Assembly (NCBI GenBank): GCA_965223325.1
Contig: CBDCWI010000001.1
Coordinates: 1,984,001 to 2,048,000, forward strand
DNA from: Candidatus Multivoradales bacterium
GTDB lineage: Bacteria; Acidobacteriota; Thermoanaerobaculia; Multivoradales; Multivoraceae
Length of the DNA stretch: 64,000 nucleotides
Reading direction: 5' to 3'
Shown here in pieces: positions 47,390 to 57,251 of this stretch. The first letter of the stretch is position 1, and every line of letters starts with the position of its first letter. The translations under genes and the position numbers were made by a program. Under the pieces are notes generated by a model. That model was not told the DNA's origin. It saw nothing but the letters and a program-made list of their open reading frames with translations, and ran no database searches.

Positions 47390-48607
47390 CTAGTTGGCGA
47401 TAAAGGAGATGCCGGCGCGCTCGAGCCGTGGTTTGAGCGCCATGCCGATGGCGGTGGCGGGGGTGAGCACTCCGCCGGCCGTCTCGGGCAGGTCATCATC
47501 GAAGGCCAACGCCAGCGCCGACTCAGCGAGGCACTTGATGGTGATGCGATTGCCCGGGTCGCCCACTCCCTCCAGGCGACCGCGAAGCTTCGCGCCGTCT
47601 GTGGCGGTGGCGATCAGGTCGCATGAGAAAAAGCCACCGTCCATTGCCTTCTCCGAAGGGCCGCTGCCCGGCTCAGGCGCCACGCGTTCGAACACGCCGG
47701 CGAGACGCGGGACCTTCGTCAGCACTCCGGTCACCGCCTGAACGGTCGCCAGCGAACCGGTTTCGAGCCAGCCGAGGAGCCCGCCCGACTGCCAGTACTC
47801 CTGGTAGGCGAACTCGGGGCCGTAGCCGCTGCCTTCGAGCTGCCGCAGCGCATGGCTGCGACGGACGACGCGGGTGTTGATCGCGCCCATGAAGAAGGGC
47901 GCCGTCCAGGCACCGAACTCGCTATCCCACGATGGGAGGACCGGATCTCGGTGTGGCGCTACACGCTCCGGGCGCGTGCCGGCGGGGTTGAGCAGGAAGG
48001 GGTCCTCGAGCTGCTTGGTGAGCCCGTCGCGCTGGATCGCAACCAGGGACGCGACCGTACCGCCGTTGACTCCGCCCTTGCCGCGATGAAAGGCCCGCAC
48101 CGATGTGCAAGCCTGGCTAGTTTCCTGTCGCAGGCGCTCGACCATCCAGAGCGTGCCGAGATCGGAAGGGACCGAGTCGTAGCCACAGAAGGGCACCACC
48201 CGCGCACCGTTCCCGCTGGCGGTGTCGTGAAAGCGGTCGATCACCGAGCGTATCCAGGGTGTCTCGCCAGTGATGTCGGCGTAGTGAACCCCCGCTTCGG
48301 CACACGCACGCACCAGCTCGTCGCCGTACTTGGCGAACGGACCCGCCGTCGTCATGACGACGCGCGCCTGCGCCACCAGGGCTTCGATCGCCGCCCCGTC
48401 TTTCCCGTCCGCCACGATCAGACCGTCGGCAGCCGTCTCCGACGCGATCTTCTCGAGGCGCTCCTTGGAACGCCCGGCTACCGCGAACCGAAACGAACGG
48501 CGATCGGGATGCTCGGCCAGGTAGTGGGCCGCCTGCCGTCCGGTGAACCCGGTGGCACCCTGTAGGACGATGTCGAAGTTCTTTCGAAGAGCTGGCGAGT
48601 TGGTCAT
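47390..48607 (-). CDS. Saccharopine dehydrogenase-like oxidoreductase / trans-acting enoyl reductase family
   Basis: GATGFTG, AVAGR, TAGPF..YG, YADITGE, CGYDSVPSD, GGVLTPA. Confidence 0.92.
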   Translation of the reverse strand: MTNSPALRKNFDIVLQGATGFTGRQAAHYLAEHPDRRSFRFAVAGRSKERLEKIASETAADGLIVADGKDGAAIEALVAQARVVMTTAGPFAKYGDELVRACAEAGVHYADITGETPWIRSVIDRFHDTASGNGARVVPFCGYDSVPSDLGTLWMVERLRQETSQACTSVRAFHRGKGGVNGGTVASLVAIQRDGLTKQLEDPFLLNPAGTRPERVAPHRDPVLPSWDSEFGAWTAPFFMGAINTRVVRRSHALRQLEGSGYGPEFAYQEYWQSGGLLGWLETGSLATVQAVTGVLTKVPRLAGVFERVAPEPGSGPSEKAMDGGFFSCDLIATATDGAKLRGRLEGVGDPGNRITIKCLAESALALAFDDDLPETAGGVLTPATAIGMALKPRLERAGISFIAN

Positions 48608-48680
48608 GGCGCCACTCTACGGCAGAGTACGATGGCGAGAACGATCAACGATGAGAGAGCCATTCACGGAGGGCACTACG

Positions 48681-49820
48681 ATGAGTGAAGAAGTTCGGCC
48701 GCACGAAATCCGTGTCAGCGAGGCCGCGATCGCCGACCTTCGTCGTCGTCTCGAGGCAACACGCTGGCCCGAGAAGGAGACCGTCGACGATTGGACACAG
48801 GGCACACCGCTCGCCTACCTGCAGGAAGTCTGCACCTACTGGGCGAACGGGTACGACATGCAGCGACTGGCGAAACGCTTTGCGCCGTACGAGTCCTTCG
48901 TGACCGAGATCGACGGCATCGACGTGCAGTTCTTCCACATCCGTTCGAACACCGATGGCGCCCGCCCGCTCGTCATCACCCACGGTTGGCCGGGTTCACA
49001 GGTCGAGTTCTTGAACGTCGTCGAACCGCTGATTGATCCGGTCGAGCACGGCGGTACCGACATTGACGCCTTCCATCTCGTTCTACCGTCGATGGTGGGC
49101 TACGGCTGGTCCGGCAAACCGACGACCAACGGGTGGTCGGTCGAGAAGATGGGCGATGCCTGGGCCATCTTGATGAAACGCCTGGGCTACACCGACTACT
49201 TCGCCCAGGGCGGAGACTGGGGCTCCGTGGTCACAACCGCGATCGGCATTCAGGACCCTGAGAACTGCGCCGGCATACACCTCAACATGGCACCCGTTCG
49301 CCCCGACCCCAGCACCATGGACAGCCTTACCGAGGCCGAGAAGAGTGCGCTGGCTGGTCTCCAGTACTACCAGGAGCACGATTCTGGCTATTCGAAGCAG
49401 CAGAGCACCAGACCACAGAGTGTTGGCTACGGCCTGGTCGACTCCCCGGCGGGCCTGGCTGGGTGGATCCTCGAGAAGTTCTGGGCGTGGACCGACTGCA
49501 ACGGCCATCCCGAAAACGTGCTCACCCGCGACGAGATGCTCGACAACCTGATGGTGTATTGGCTCAACGCTACCGGCGCGTCTTCCGCCCGCCTCTACTG
49601 GGAAAGCTTCGGTGGTGATCTGGCGGCCAAGGTGGAAACCCCGACCGGCGTCAGCGTGTTTCCGAAAGAGATCTTCAGAGCGTCACGGCGATGGCTCGAG
49701 CAGCGCTATACCAACTTGCACTACTTCAACGCGCTCGACTCGGGAGGCCACTTCGCAGCGATGGAGAAACCAGACGTGTTCATTGACGAGGTGCGTGCCG
49801 CTTTTCGCGGGCTCCGGTGA
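48681..49820 (+). CDS. Epoxide hydrolase (microsomal-type, EHN domain)
   Basis: DLRRRLEATRWP, HGWPGS, QGGDWGS, DSPAGL.GWI.EK, GGHFAAME. Confidence 0.95.
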   Translation: MSEEVRPHEIRVSEAAIADLRRRLEATRWPEKETVDDWTQGTPLAYLQEVCTYWANGYDMQRLAKRFAPYESFVTEIDGIDVQFFHIRSNTDGARPLVITHGWPGSQVEFLNVVEPLIDPVEHGGTDIDAFHLVLPSMVGYGWSGKPTTNGWSVEKMGDAWAILMKRLGYTDYFAQGGDWGSVVTTAIGIQDPENCAGIHLNMAPVRPDPSTMDSLTEAEKSALAGLQYYQEHDSGYSKQQSTRPQSVGYGLVDSPAGLAGWILEKFWAWTDCNGHPENVLTRDEMLDNLMVYWLNATGASSARLYWESFGGDLAAKVETPTGVSVFPKEIFRASRRWLEQRYTNLHYFNALDSGGHFAAMEKPDVFIDEVRAAFRGLR

Positions 49821-49890
49821 GTCATCCTGCGGGCTCCAACACTCACCAGCAGGACGCCCTTGGTGCTTCAAAACAGAGGAGGAGATCTCA

Positions 49891-50973
49891 ATGGAGATTC
49901 GGGAGAGACACCATTCAGCCATCGCAGTGGTCGCAACGGCCTTTCTACTGAACCTTCCCGCCGCATCGGCTCAGCAGCCGGTGACGGCCGGCGCTCTTCC
50001 TGCGCAGCCGGCCGCAGACCTTCGTAGCCCGCTCCCGAAACCCGAGGCCCCGATCATCGTCACGTTCCAGGGCACGGCCAGCGGAATGCTGGACGGGGCA
50101 GCCTTCTCCCCGACTGAGTTCGTCATCACCGCCACTGGCCGGTTGTCGTCGCGCTCGCAGCAGGAGCTCTCCTGGCTCATGGCGAACGACTCGGCGAGTG
50201 TGACTCTCGGAGGCATCGGCTCCTATGACTTCGTCACGCCCTCTGAGATCTGGATCACCGGTGGGGCGACCGGATTCCGACCGGCAGGTGCTTTTGACAG
50301 GACCAACTTCTCGGGAGCGGGGATTTCCGAGTGGCACGGAACGACTCCGATCGGGCCGCTGACGGGCGAGATCATGAATACACAGTGGGGGAACACGAGC
50401 TTCGAGACGACGGGAGGAACACTCTTCTTGGACGCGGCGCTCGGAAGCGGCACGTTCGAAGCGCGAATTCCGCAAGCGATTGTCTACTTCTACTCCGGCG
50501 AGGCATCCGGTGTGCTCGACGGCTCGCCGTTTTCGACCACACCGATCTTGATCACCGCGACGAGCGTCGCTCCGGAACGCCTCTATGAACCCGGTCTCTG
50601 GACCAGCGAGAACTCCGCTACGCTCGTCGAGCTCGACGGGCTTGGCGTGTTCGAGATCATCGACGGGACGTCGAGCTTCGTGAACAACACCGTCCAACTT
50701 GGGGGCATTTCCACCGCAGGAGGTCTCGATCTCCTCGGCGGACCGACGAACGCGGCCCTCGAGTCCTGGTATATGACCTCCTCGATAGGCCCGCTCACCG
50801 GCGGCGGAGGCTACATTCAAACCGTCGGCGTCAACACCACCGGTGGCTCGCTCCAACTGGACGCGGCGGACGGCCTCGCGAACCTCCTATTCTCGGCCGT
50901 GATCCCCGATGTCCTCTTCGCGGACGAGTTCGAGACCGAGAACCTGAGCGCCTGGTCGACCTCAAAACCCTGA
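49891..50973 (+). CDS. Secreted protein with two tandem ~140-aa beta domains and conserved C-terminal tail
   Basis: Signal peptide; repeat 'G.ASG.LDG..FS.T...ITAT...IGPLTG...TTGG.L.LD' x2; ends DVLFADEFETENLSAWSTSKP. GAGGAGG SD. Confidence 0.8.
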   Translation: MEIRERHHSAIAVVATAFLLNLPAASAQQPVTAGALPAQPAADLRSPLPKPEAPIIVTFQGTASGMLDGAAFSPTEFVITATGRLSSRSQQELSWLMANDSASVTLGGIGSYDFVTPSEIWITGGATGFRPAGAFDRTNFSGAGISEWHGTTPIGPLTGEIMNTQWGNTSFETTGGTLFLDAALGSGTFEARIPQAIVYFYSGEASGVLDGSPFSTTPILITATSVAPERLYEPGLWTSENSATLVELDGLGVFEIIDGTSSFVNNTVQLGGISTAGGLDLLGGPTNAALESWYMTSSIGPLTGGGGYIQTVGVNTTGGSLQLDAADGLANLLFSAVIPDVLFADEFETENLSAWSTSKP

Positions 50974-51108
50974 ACGCCCAACCGCGACCCGGGTGAGGAC
51001 CCCGGGTAACGTACCGAAGAGGGCCGAGGCAGCGGCGCGAAGACGCCTCGAACCCCACCAACAAGGCTCAACTCAAGAACCCGAGTCGCGGGGCTCGAGC
51101 CGTCTCAA

Positions 51109-53125
51109 TCAGCCACCGTCCTCGCGGGTCGCCTCAATAGCGGCACTGTCCTCGAAGTTATTGTCGATACTGCCGGGATCACCCGACTGCGCCTCACCGA
51201 ACCATACGAAAGGCGTACTGCCGGCATCCCCTCGGAAGACCACCCTGGCGAGCAAGATCTCTGAGGGCGCGGCACCGCCGCTGAATGGCAAGCTGATACG
51301 CGCAATGCCTTCGAAGACGCCATCGACGAAAGCGGTCAGCGGAATGCTGACCGTGATCCACTCGCTTGGCTGACCTTCGATGTAGTCGCCGAGGGCGACC
51401 GCCCCGGAGGTATCTCCAGAGGGAGCGATCAGCAGTTGATCCCAGTCGGCGTTACCCGAGACGTCGCGCAGCGTGAGCTCAAGGCGCGTTGCGCCGCCCG
51501 CCGTCGGATCGATGTTCGGCCCCCACAGGTTGGTCGGGTTGTGGCCGAGTTTGAAGTGCCCCCAGCCGCCGTGCACCCGCAACCGGAAGTACTGTCCTAG
51601 TACAGGCCCGCCACCACTGTCGCTCCACGCGGTATACGTCACCGAGGTGAAGTTGTACGTCGCAACGTCGTCGCCGTTGCCCGCGCCAACCCTGACGAAC
51701 ACGGTCGAGCCGTCGGTTGGAAGACCCGTGACGTGAGCAGTCGTCGTCGAGGTGAACCCGGAGAACAGATCACTGCCGCCGAGCGACGACCCGACCTCGA
51801 CACGGTAGCGCGGCCCGGTCGCCGTCCAGCTGAGCGTCATGGCATCGCCGTCGAGCACACTTCCCGGCACCGGTCCGGTGATCTCGGGCGCCGGGAAGCC
51901 CCCGCCGGTCCAAGCTGTGTACTGGTAGTCGCGCACGACCCAGTCGCTGGCCGTCAACTGCGTGCGTAGCCGCACCCAGAGCTGGCGCCCGTCCACCGGC
52001 AGTCCGGTCACGTGCAGACTGGTCTGACCCGCTGGCACTGTGGCCGGCAGAAAGACGTCGATCGCACCCTGCGAAGACCCGATCGAGAGCTCGACCTGGA
52101 GTCCGTCATGTGCCGTCCAGACGAAGGTCGCAGCGTCCGAACCAAGCTCCGAGCCCGGCGCCGGCTGCACCAGTTCGGCAGGCTGGCCACCGGTCCCCCC
52201 CTTCCGTCATCAGCCCGGCGAGCAGCTCGCCGGGGCCGCCGCCGGCAATGAAGGCATTGTCGGTCTTTTCGGGCGCTCCGAACCAGACGAACGGCGCACC
52301 CGAGCCGAGGGTGAACTCGAAGCGCTCGAGATCGAGCACGAAGGGCGCGGCGTCGGCGCTCCGGAGGCTCCAGTGGGTGACGTTGTTCCACGCCCCGCTC
52401 GGGAACGCCGACAGCGGGATCTCGACCGAGAACCAGCCCACGGGGTCCGAGCCGATCCAATCGCCCAGCCGCACACCACCACTCGGGTCCGAGCTCGGCA
52501 GGATCTCGAGCTTCGAATACTCGGGGGCCACCTCCGAAGCGTTACGCCTGCCGCGTAGCTGCAGGACGAGGCTCGACTGGCCGGCGGCCGGGCTGACCTG
52601 GGGGGCCCAGATGTGCTCGTTGCCGTATCCCAACTTGAAGTGGCGCCACCCGGACATCGGGTTCTCGATGCGGAAGAAGACCACGTCTCCCACGGCGCCG
52701 CCGGCCGCGGTATAGGCGTACTGCCGCGTTTCGGAACCGACGTCAAAACGGGTCTCGAGCGAGACCAGGAGGGCCTGTCCGTCTTCGGGCAGACCGAGAA
52801 CCGTCACGCCATTCGTGCCGACCGGCAAAGTCTGCTGGAAGTAGGTGACGGTGGGCGGCGAGTCGCTGACACGCAGGGTGTAGCTGGTCGCACCGAGACC
52901 GTCGTTCCAGGCGAAGTCGACCGGACCACTGATCAGCTTGCTACCCGGGGACGGCGTCGTGATCTCGGCGGCGACGTTTTGCGCCACCGAAGTGGCCGTG
53001 TAGGTGGTCGCCCACGACAGCGTCTCGTCCGAGAAATCGCTGAACAGCGTGACGTGCAGGGTCGAGCCGTCGCTGGGCAGGTTGGTCACCTGTTTCTCGG
53101 TCGCAACGTGGCCGCGTTCGATCAA
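51109..53125 (-). pseudogene. Repeat-rich extracellular protein, frameshifted at a G7 run and apparently 5'-degenerate
   Basis: ORFs 52106..53125 and 51109..52170 share the same modules (P.PGS.L...W..., GLP.DG; GW.HFKLG...PFVWFG). Removing one G from the C7 run at 52195-52201 fuses them (EGGTGGQPAELVQPAPGS). There is no signal peptide, and the ORF begins mid-module. Confidence 0.75.
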
Positions 53126-53562
53126 CCCGAGCGGCGAGACCCTCGGTGCCTCAACTCACCACGGCCGACCATCTCGAGAGGCCTTGCTGGAGGTGTCGTT
53201 GAAGAGGTCCCTCGGAGTCGTATCGATCGGCAGGTCGGCACTCTCCACGAATCCCACGGCTGATAGCCCGTAGCCCGGGAACAATTTTCGATCCTCGCCC
53301 TGATGGTTGGCGAGGGGCGCTACTCGGGATCCGGCTTGCGGCGCTGGAAGCGCTCTCTCGAGCGCCCTCGAATCTCGATTACTCGCTTGAAGAACAACGC
53401 CAGCAGGCCATGGCGCGCGTCACGAAGCTCTCGATTCAGGGAGTGCAACCCCAACTCAGCGCTCGCCTCTCACCCTGCTTCGGGAAGTTCGTTCTCGTTC
53501 GACAAGAGCAGCACCCTCATCCCCAAGCCGGCCCGGCTCAGGTCCCTGGTGGGGGCACGGGT

Positions 53563-53613
53563 ATTGGTTCTGGGACATTGGTGCCAATTGGATCTTGAGA
53601 GTCCTATTGGATC
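53563..53613. promoter_or_regulatory. Candidate operator: four ATTGG boxes including the palindrome ATTGG-TG-CCAAT
   Basis: ATTGG at 53563, 53577, 53587 and 53606, ATTGGATC repeated twice, directly upstream of ATG 53631. Confidence 0.4.
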
Positions 53614-53630
53614 CTGACACTCTCGGAAGC

Positions 53631-54032
53631 ATGCAAGGTACCCGTCGACTGCTGCTCGTACTGGTTGGCGCGCTGGGAGTGCTGGCGCTTCTTGTGGGCC
53701 TGTGGGCACTTTCGAGCTGGCAGCACTTTCATGCCTCGGTAGCTAGCCATACGGGGCCGGCCAACCACCACTACATCCGCGATGTCGGTGCCGCCTACAC
53801 GACGGCTGGCATGGCGCTTCTGGTGGCTGTTGCCCGCCCCCGCTGGCGCGCTCCTTTGGTGGGTTCGGCAGCGGTCTTTCTCTCACTTCATGCGGCCGTG
53901 CATGTCTACGAGACGGCGATCGGTGAGGCCACGATGGCGCACCTGGCCGTCGACACTCCAGGCGTACTCGTCCCGGCCCTGATCACAGCTGTCTTGTTCG
54001 TGATCTTCGCGCGCCAGGAGACCGCCAGCTGA
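53631..54032 (+). CDS. Small 4-TM membrane protein, His-rich
   Basis: GLWAL...F, NHHYIRDVGA, LHAAVH; four hydrophobic helices. Confidence 0.75.
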   Translation: MQGTRRLLLVLVGALGVLALLVGLWALSSWQHFHASVASHTGPANHHYIRDVGAAYTTAGMALLVAVARPRWRAPLVGSAAVFLSLHAAVHVYETAIGEATMAHLAVDTPGVLVPALITAVLFVIFARQETAS

Positions 54033-54079
54033 CGCCCTCTCCACAGAATCGTAAAACCAACGAACTAAGGACCTATCTC

Positions 54080-54661
54080 ATGCGCCTCGAGCCTCTTCCT
54101 GCTGCACCGTCGACTAGAACCCGCCTTCTCGAGTGGGTCGCCGAGCGCGCGCTGGGCAAGACGACAACACCGACCCGAGTGGTCTACAGGCGGCTGCCTC
54201 GCATGTGGAACGTGTCCCTGGCTTTCATGAAGCTCACTCGTTCGATGACGATTGGCGCCGAGCTTTCCTTCCTTCTCCAGGCGAGAGTGGCCAACCTTCG
54301 TCGCTGTTTCTTCTGCGAGGATATTGCGCGCGCTCAGGCCGCTGCCAAGCGCCTAGGTATGGAGCGCTTCAATGCCCTCGCGGCCTGGCAAGACAGCAGC
54401 CTGTTCACCGAAGCCGAGCGGGCGGCCCTCCAACTCGTTGACGAAGCCAGCGATCTCAGCGGCGTGCGCGACGCAACGTGGCAGAAGGCGGCCGAACACT
54501 GGAACGACCGTCAACTGCTCGAGATCACCAGCCTGGTGGCGATCGAGAGCTTCTACAATGCCATCAATCTGACCATCGAAATGCCTGCCGATGGTTTGGA
54601 GCAACTTGCCAGTCGCAACGCGAGAACTTCCCCGATCGAACGCTCGGCGGCCGCCAGCTGA
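54080..54661 (+). CDS. Carboxymuconolactone decarboxylase/AhpD-like protein with CxxC
   Basis: RVANLRRCFFC, W.DSSLFTEAERAAL, QLLEIT...FYN. AAGGA SD. Confidence 0.85.
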   Translation: MRLEPLPAAPSTRTRLLEWVAERALGKTTTPTRVVYRRLPRMWNVSLAFMKLTRSMTIGAELSFLLQARVANLRRCFFCEDIARAQAAAKRLGMERFNALAAWQDSSLFTEAERAALQLVDEASDLSGVRDATWQKAAEHWNDRQLLEITSLVAIESFYNAINLTIEMPADGLEQLASRNARTSPIERSAAAS

Positions 54662-54678
54662 CGCCGCCAGTCACTCCG

Positions 54679-56040
54679 CTACTCGCCCGAATCCTTGAGG
54701 GCGTAGAGCGCGTGTCGGCCGCGCACGTACATCATCGGCCCGACAATCGCCGGCGTGGCGTCGATGCCGTCGTCGAGGGTGTTTTCCGCCAGCACTTCGA
54801 GGGACTTGCCGGCCTTTAGAACCAGAGCCTCTCCACCGCGCCCGAAGATGTAGATGCGACCGGCGGCGGCCAGCGGAGATGCGTAGACGTTGCGGATCGT
54901 CGGTAGGCGTTCTGTAAACAAGGGCTCACCTGTGGCAGCGTCGAGACTGGTGAAGATGTTGCGGAAGTGCTTGACGAAGTACAACTGGCCGTCATGGAGC
55001 AAGACCGAGGCGACGTACGGAGTGTCGCGCTCGTACTGCCAACGCACCGCCGCGGAACCTTCGAGGTCACCCTTGGCGAGACTGAGATCGACTGCCTGCA
55101 ACATGTTGCCGCGATACCCGCTGGCGAGATAAACGGTGCCGTCGTGATGAACCGGGGTGGGGATGGCGTTGACCGTCATGCCGCTGAGCCGCCAGATCTC
55201 CTCACCGGTGGCGAAGTCGTAGCCGCGGCTGAAGCCGGTCGACGAAACGATGATCTGCGTCCGGCCGTCGTGTTCGACGACGAGGGGCGTCGACCACGAC
55301 GTCACCTCGCCTGGCCGTTCGGTACGCCACTTCTCATGACCGGTTTTCTTGTCGAGGGCGGTGATGAAGGATTCACCCTCGTGATCCCAGTTGATGACCA
55401 GTGAGTCACCGTGCAACGCCGGCGAACTTCCCTCGCCGAACCCACGTCGCGTCGTCATGTCGCCGAGATCCGTTTCCCACAGCAGCTCGCCGTCGAGGTC
55501 ATAGGCGTAGGTGCCGTTGGAGCCGAAGTGCACATACAGTCGCTCTCCATCGACCACCGGCGAACCGCAAGCCCACGACGAGTCGAGATAGTGACTCTCG
55601 TGCGGCACCGCCTCGCGTGCAATGCGCTCCCAGAGCAACGAACCGTCGCGAGTCGAGAGAGCCTGCACAAGAAAGCGCTGCTTGACCGGAGCCACATCCG
55701 GTGGCCATTCGCCATCGTCCATGACCTTCTGCGCTGCCTTCTGCGCTTCGCTATACGCCGCGTCGTCGAGCGACACTGCCGACACGACAAAGATCTTCTC
55801 GCCCCAAACCACTGGCGACGCCAGGCTCTCGCCGGGGATGTCGACTTTCCAGAGCACGTTCTTGTCTTCGCTCCATTCGACCGGCGGCCTAGCGTCGGGA
55901 CTCACACCGGTGGCGAGCGGCCCGCGCCAGCTCGACCAACCCGTAGGGTCGGTCTGGGAGTGCGCAAGGCCCGCAGTCATGACGAGACAACTCAACACCG
56001 TGGCAAAACGGACGGCTTCCTCTACTCGGATGTTCGACAT
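54679..56040 (-). CDS. PQQ-binding-like beta-propeller protein, secreted (start uncertain)
   Basis: WSSWRGP..TG, WSEDKNVLWK, SPVVWG, repeated ALD..TG...W blades. Confidence 0.9.
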   Translation of the reverse strand: MSNIRVEEAVRFATVLSCLVMTAGLAHSQTDPTGWSSWRGPLATGVSPDARPPVEWSEDKNVLWKVDIPGESLASPVVWGEKIFVVSAVSLDDAAYSEAQKAAQKVMDDGEWPPDVAPVKQRFLVQALSTRDGSLLWERIAREAVPHESHYLDSSWACGSPVVDGERLYVHFGSNGTYAYDLDGELLWETDLGDMTTRRGFGEGSSPALHGDSLVINWDHEGESFITALDKKTGHEKWRTERPGEVTSWSTPLVVEHDGRTQIIVSSTGFSRGYDFATGEEIWRLSGMTVNAIPTPVHHDGTVYLASGYRGNMLQAVDLSLAKGDLEGSAAVRWQYERDTPYVASVLLHDGQLYFVKHFRNIFTSLDAATGEPLFTERLPTIRNVYASPLAAAGRIYIFGRGGEALVLKAGKSLEVLAENTLDDGIDATPAIVGPMMYVRGRHALYALKDSGE

Positions 56041-56053
56041 AACGTAGAAGATC

Positions 56054-57220
56054 ATGACACCTCGCACCCGTTGGCCGCTCGACTCGGCGCTGTTCATCCT
56101 CGCTTTCCTGGCTGCCTGGAGTCTGGCCGTAGCGCCGCGAGCGGCGGCACAGCCAGACCCAGAGTTCAGGATCAGACACGTGACCTCGATCGGCATCGAG
56201 GCCGAGCGGACCGCTTCAGTTTCACTGGGAGACATCGACGGCGACGGCGACCTCGACGTGGTATTCGCCAACGGTCGCCACTGGCCGAGCCAGAACCGCG
56301 TGTTCATCAACAACGGCGAAGGCAGGTTGACCTCGAGTCGCCCGCTCGGCGAAGAACTCGAGACGACCTACGCCGCACCTCTCGCTGACCTGGACGGTGA
56401 CGGCGATCTCGATGTTGCCGTCGGAAACGACCGGGCGCCCAACCGCATCTTGTGGAACGACGGCAGCGGGCGCTTCATCGCTGGGCCGACGTTCGGCGGC
56501 ATCGAGAGTACCCGCGGCGCCTTCATCGCCGATCTCGATGGCAACGGCCTGGACGACGTCGTGCTGACCAATCGAGGCGATCTCAACTCGATCTTCTGGA
56601 ACGATGAAGCCCACAGGGGAACTCTCGAGAGGCGGGGCTCCTTTGGTACATCGACCGATTCCACCATCTCGATCGGAATCGGCGACCTCGATGGCGACGG
56701 CGATCTCGACCTGGCACTCGCCAATCGCGACGGCCAGCCCAACCAGGTGCAGTGGAACGACGGCCAAGGCAACTTTTCGGACGGCCCACAGTTCGGAACC
56801 GGCAGCGACGAAACGCGCGGCGTTGCGATTGCCGATCTCGATGGCGACGGACACCTGGACATCGCCACCGCCAATATCGGCGAACCCAACGCCGTCTACT
56901 ACTCCGATGGGCGCGGCGACTTCCGGTCTTCGATGGCTTTCGGCGCGAAAGACGGCCGGTCCTACGCCGTCGCCATCGCAGATCTCAACAACGACGACCA
57001 ACCCGACCTGTTGGTCGCAAACGCCCGCCAGCGCAACCAGATCTACCTGCTCGATCCCAACGACCCAACCCACCGTCGCGTCATGCAGGCAGTGCCCTTC
57101 GGCCATCCCGAAAGCGACACCTATGGTCTCGGAGTGGGTGACCTCGACCGTGACGGCCAACTCGACATCGTCACCGCGAACTCCGACGCCATGAACCACC
57201 TCTACACCAGAGACCGATGA
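56054..57220 (+). CDS. FG-GAP/VCBS-repeat beta-propeller, secreted
   Basis: Signal peptide and 7 copies of '[AG]DLDGDGDLD...AN'. Confidence 0.92.
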   Translation: MTPRTRWPLDSALFILAFLAAWSLAVAPRAAAQPDPEFRIRHVTSIGIEAERTASVSLGDIDGDGDLDVVFANGRHWPSQNRVFINNGEGRLTSSRPLGEELETTYAAPLADLDGDGDLDVAVGNDRAPNRILWNDGSGRFIAGPTFGGIESTRGAFIADLDGNGLDDVVLTNRGDLNSIFWNDEAHRGTLERRGSFGTSTDSTISIGIGDLDGDGDLDLALANRDGQPNQVQWNDGQGNFSDGPQFGTGSDETRGVAIADLDGDGHLDIATANIGEPNAVYYSDGRGDFRSSMAFGAKDGRSYAVAIADLNNDDQPDLLVANARQRNQIYLLDPNDPTHRRVMQAVPFGHPESDTYGLGVGDLDRDGQLDIVTANSDAMNHLYTRDR

Positions 57221-57251
57221 GTCGAGCGATCACCAACGACACGTCGCCGAC

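Noticed and set aside
53156-53158. In-frame TGA upstream of the surface-protein ORF as selenocysteine
   Set aside because: There is no redox motif or obvious hairpin, and the surrounding sequence looks degenerate.
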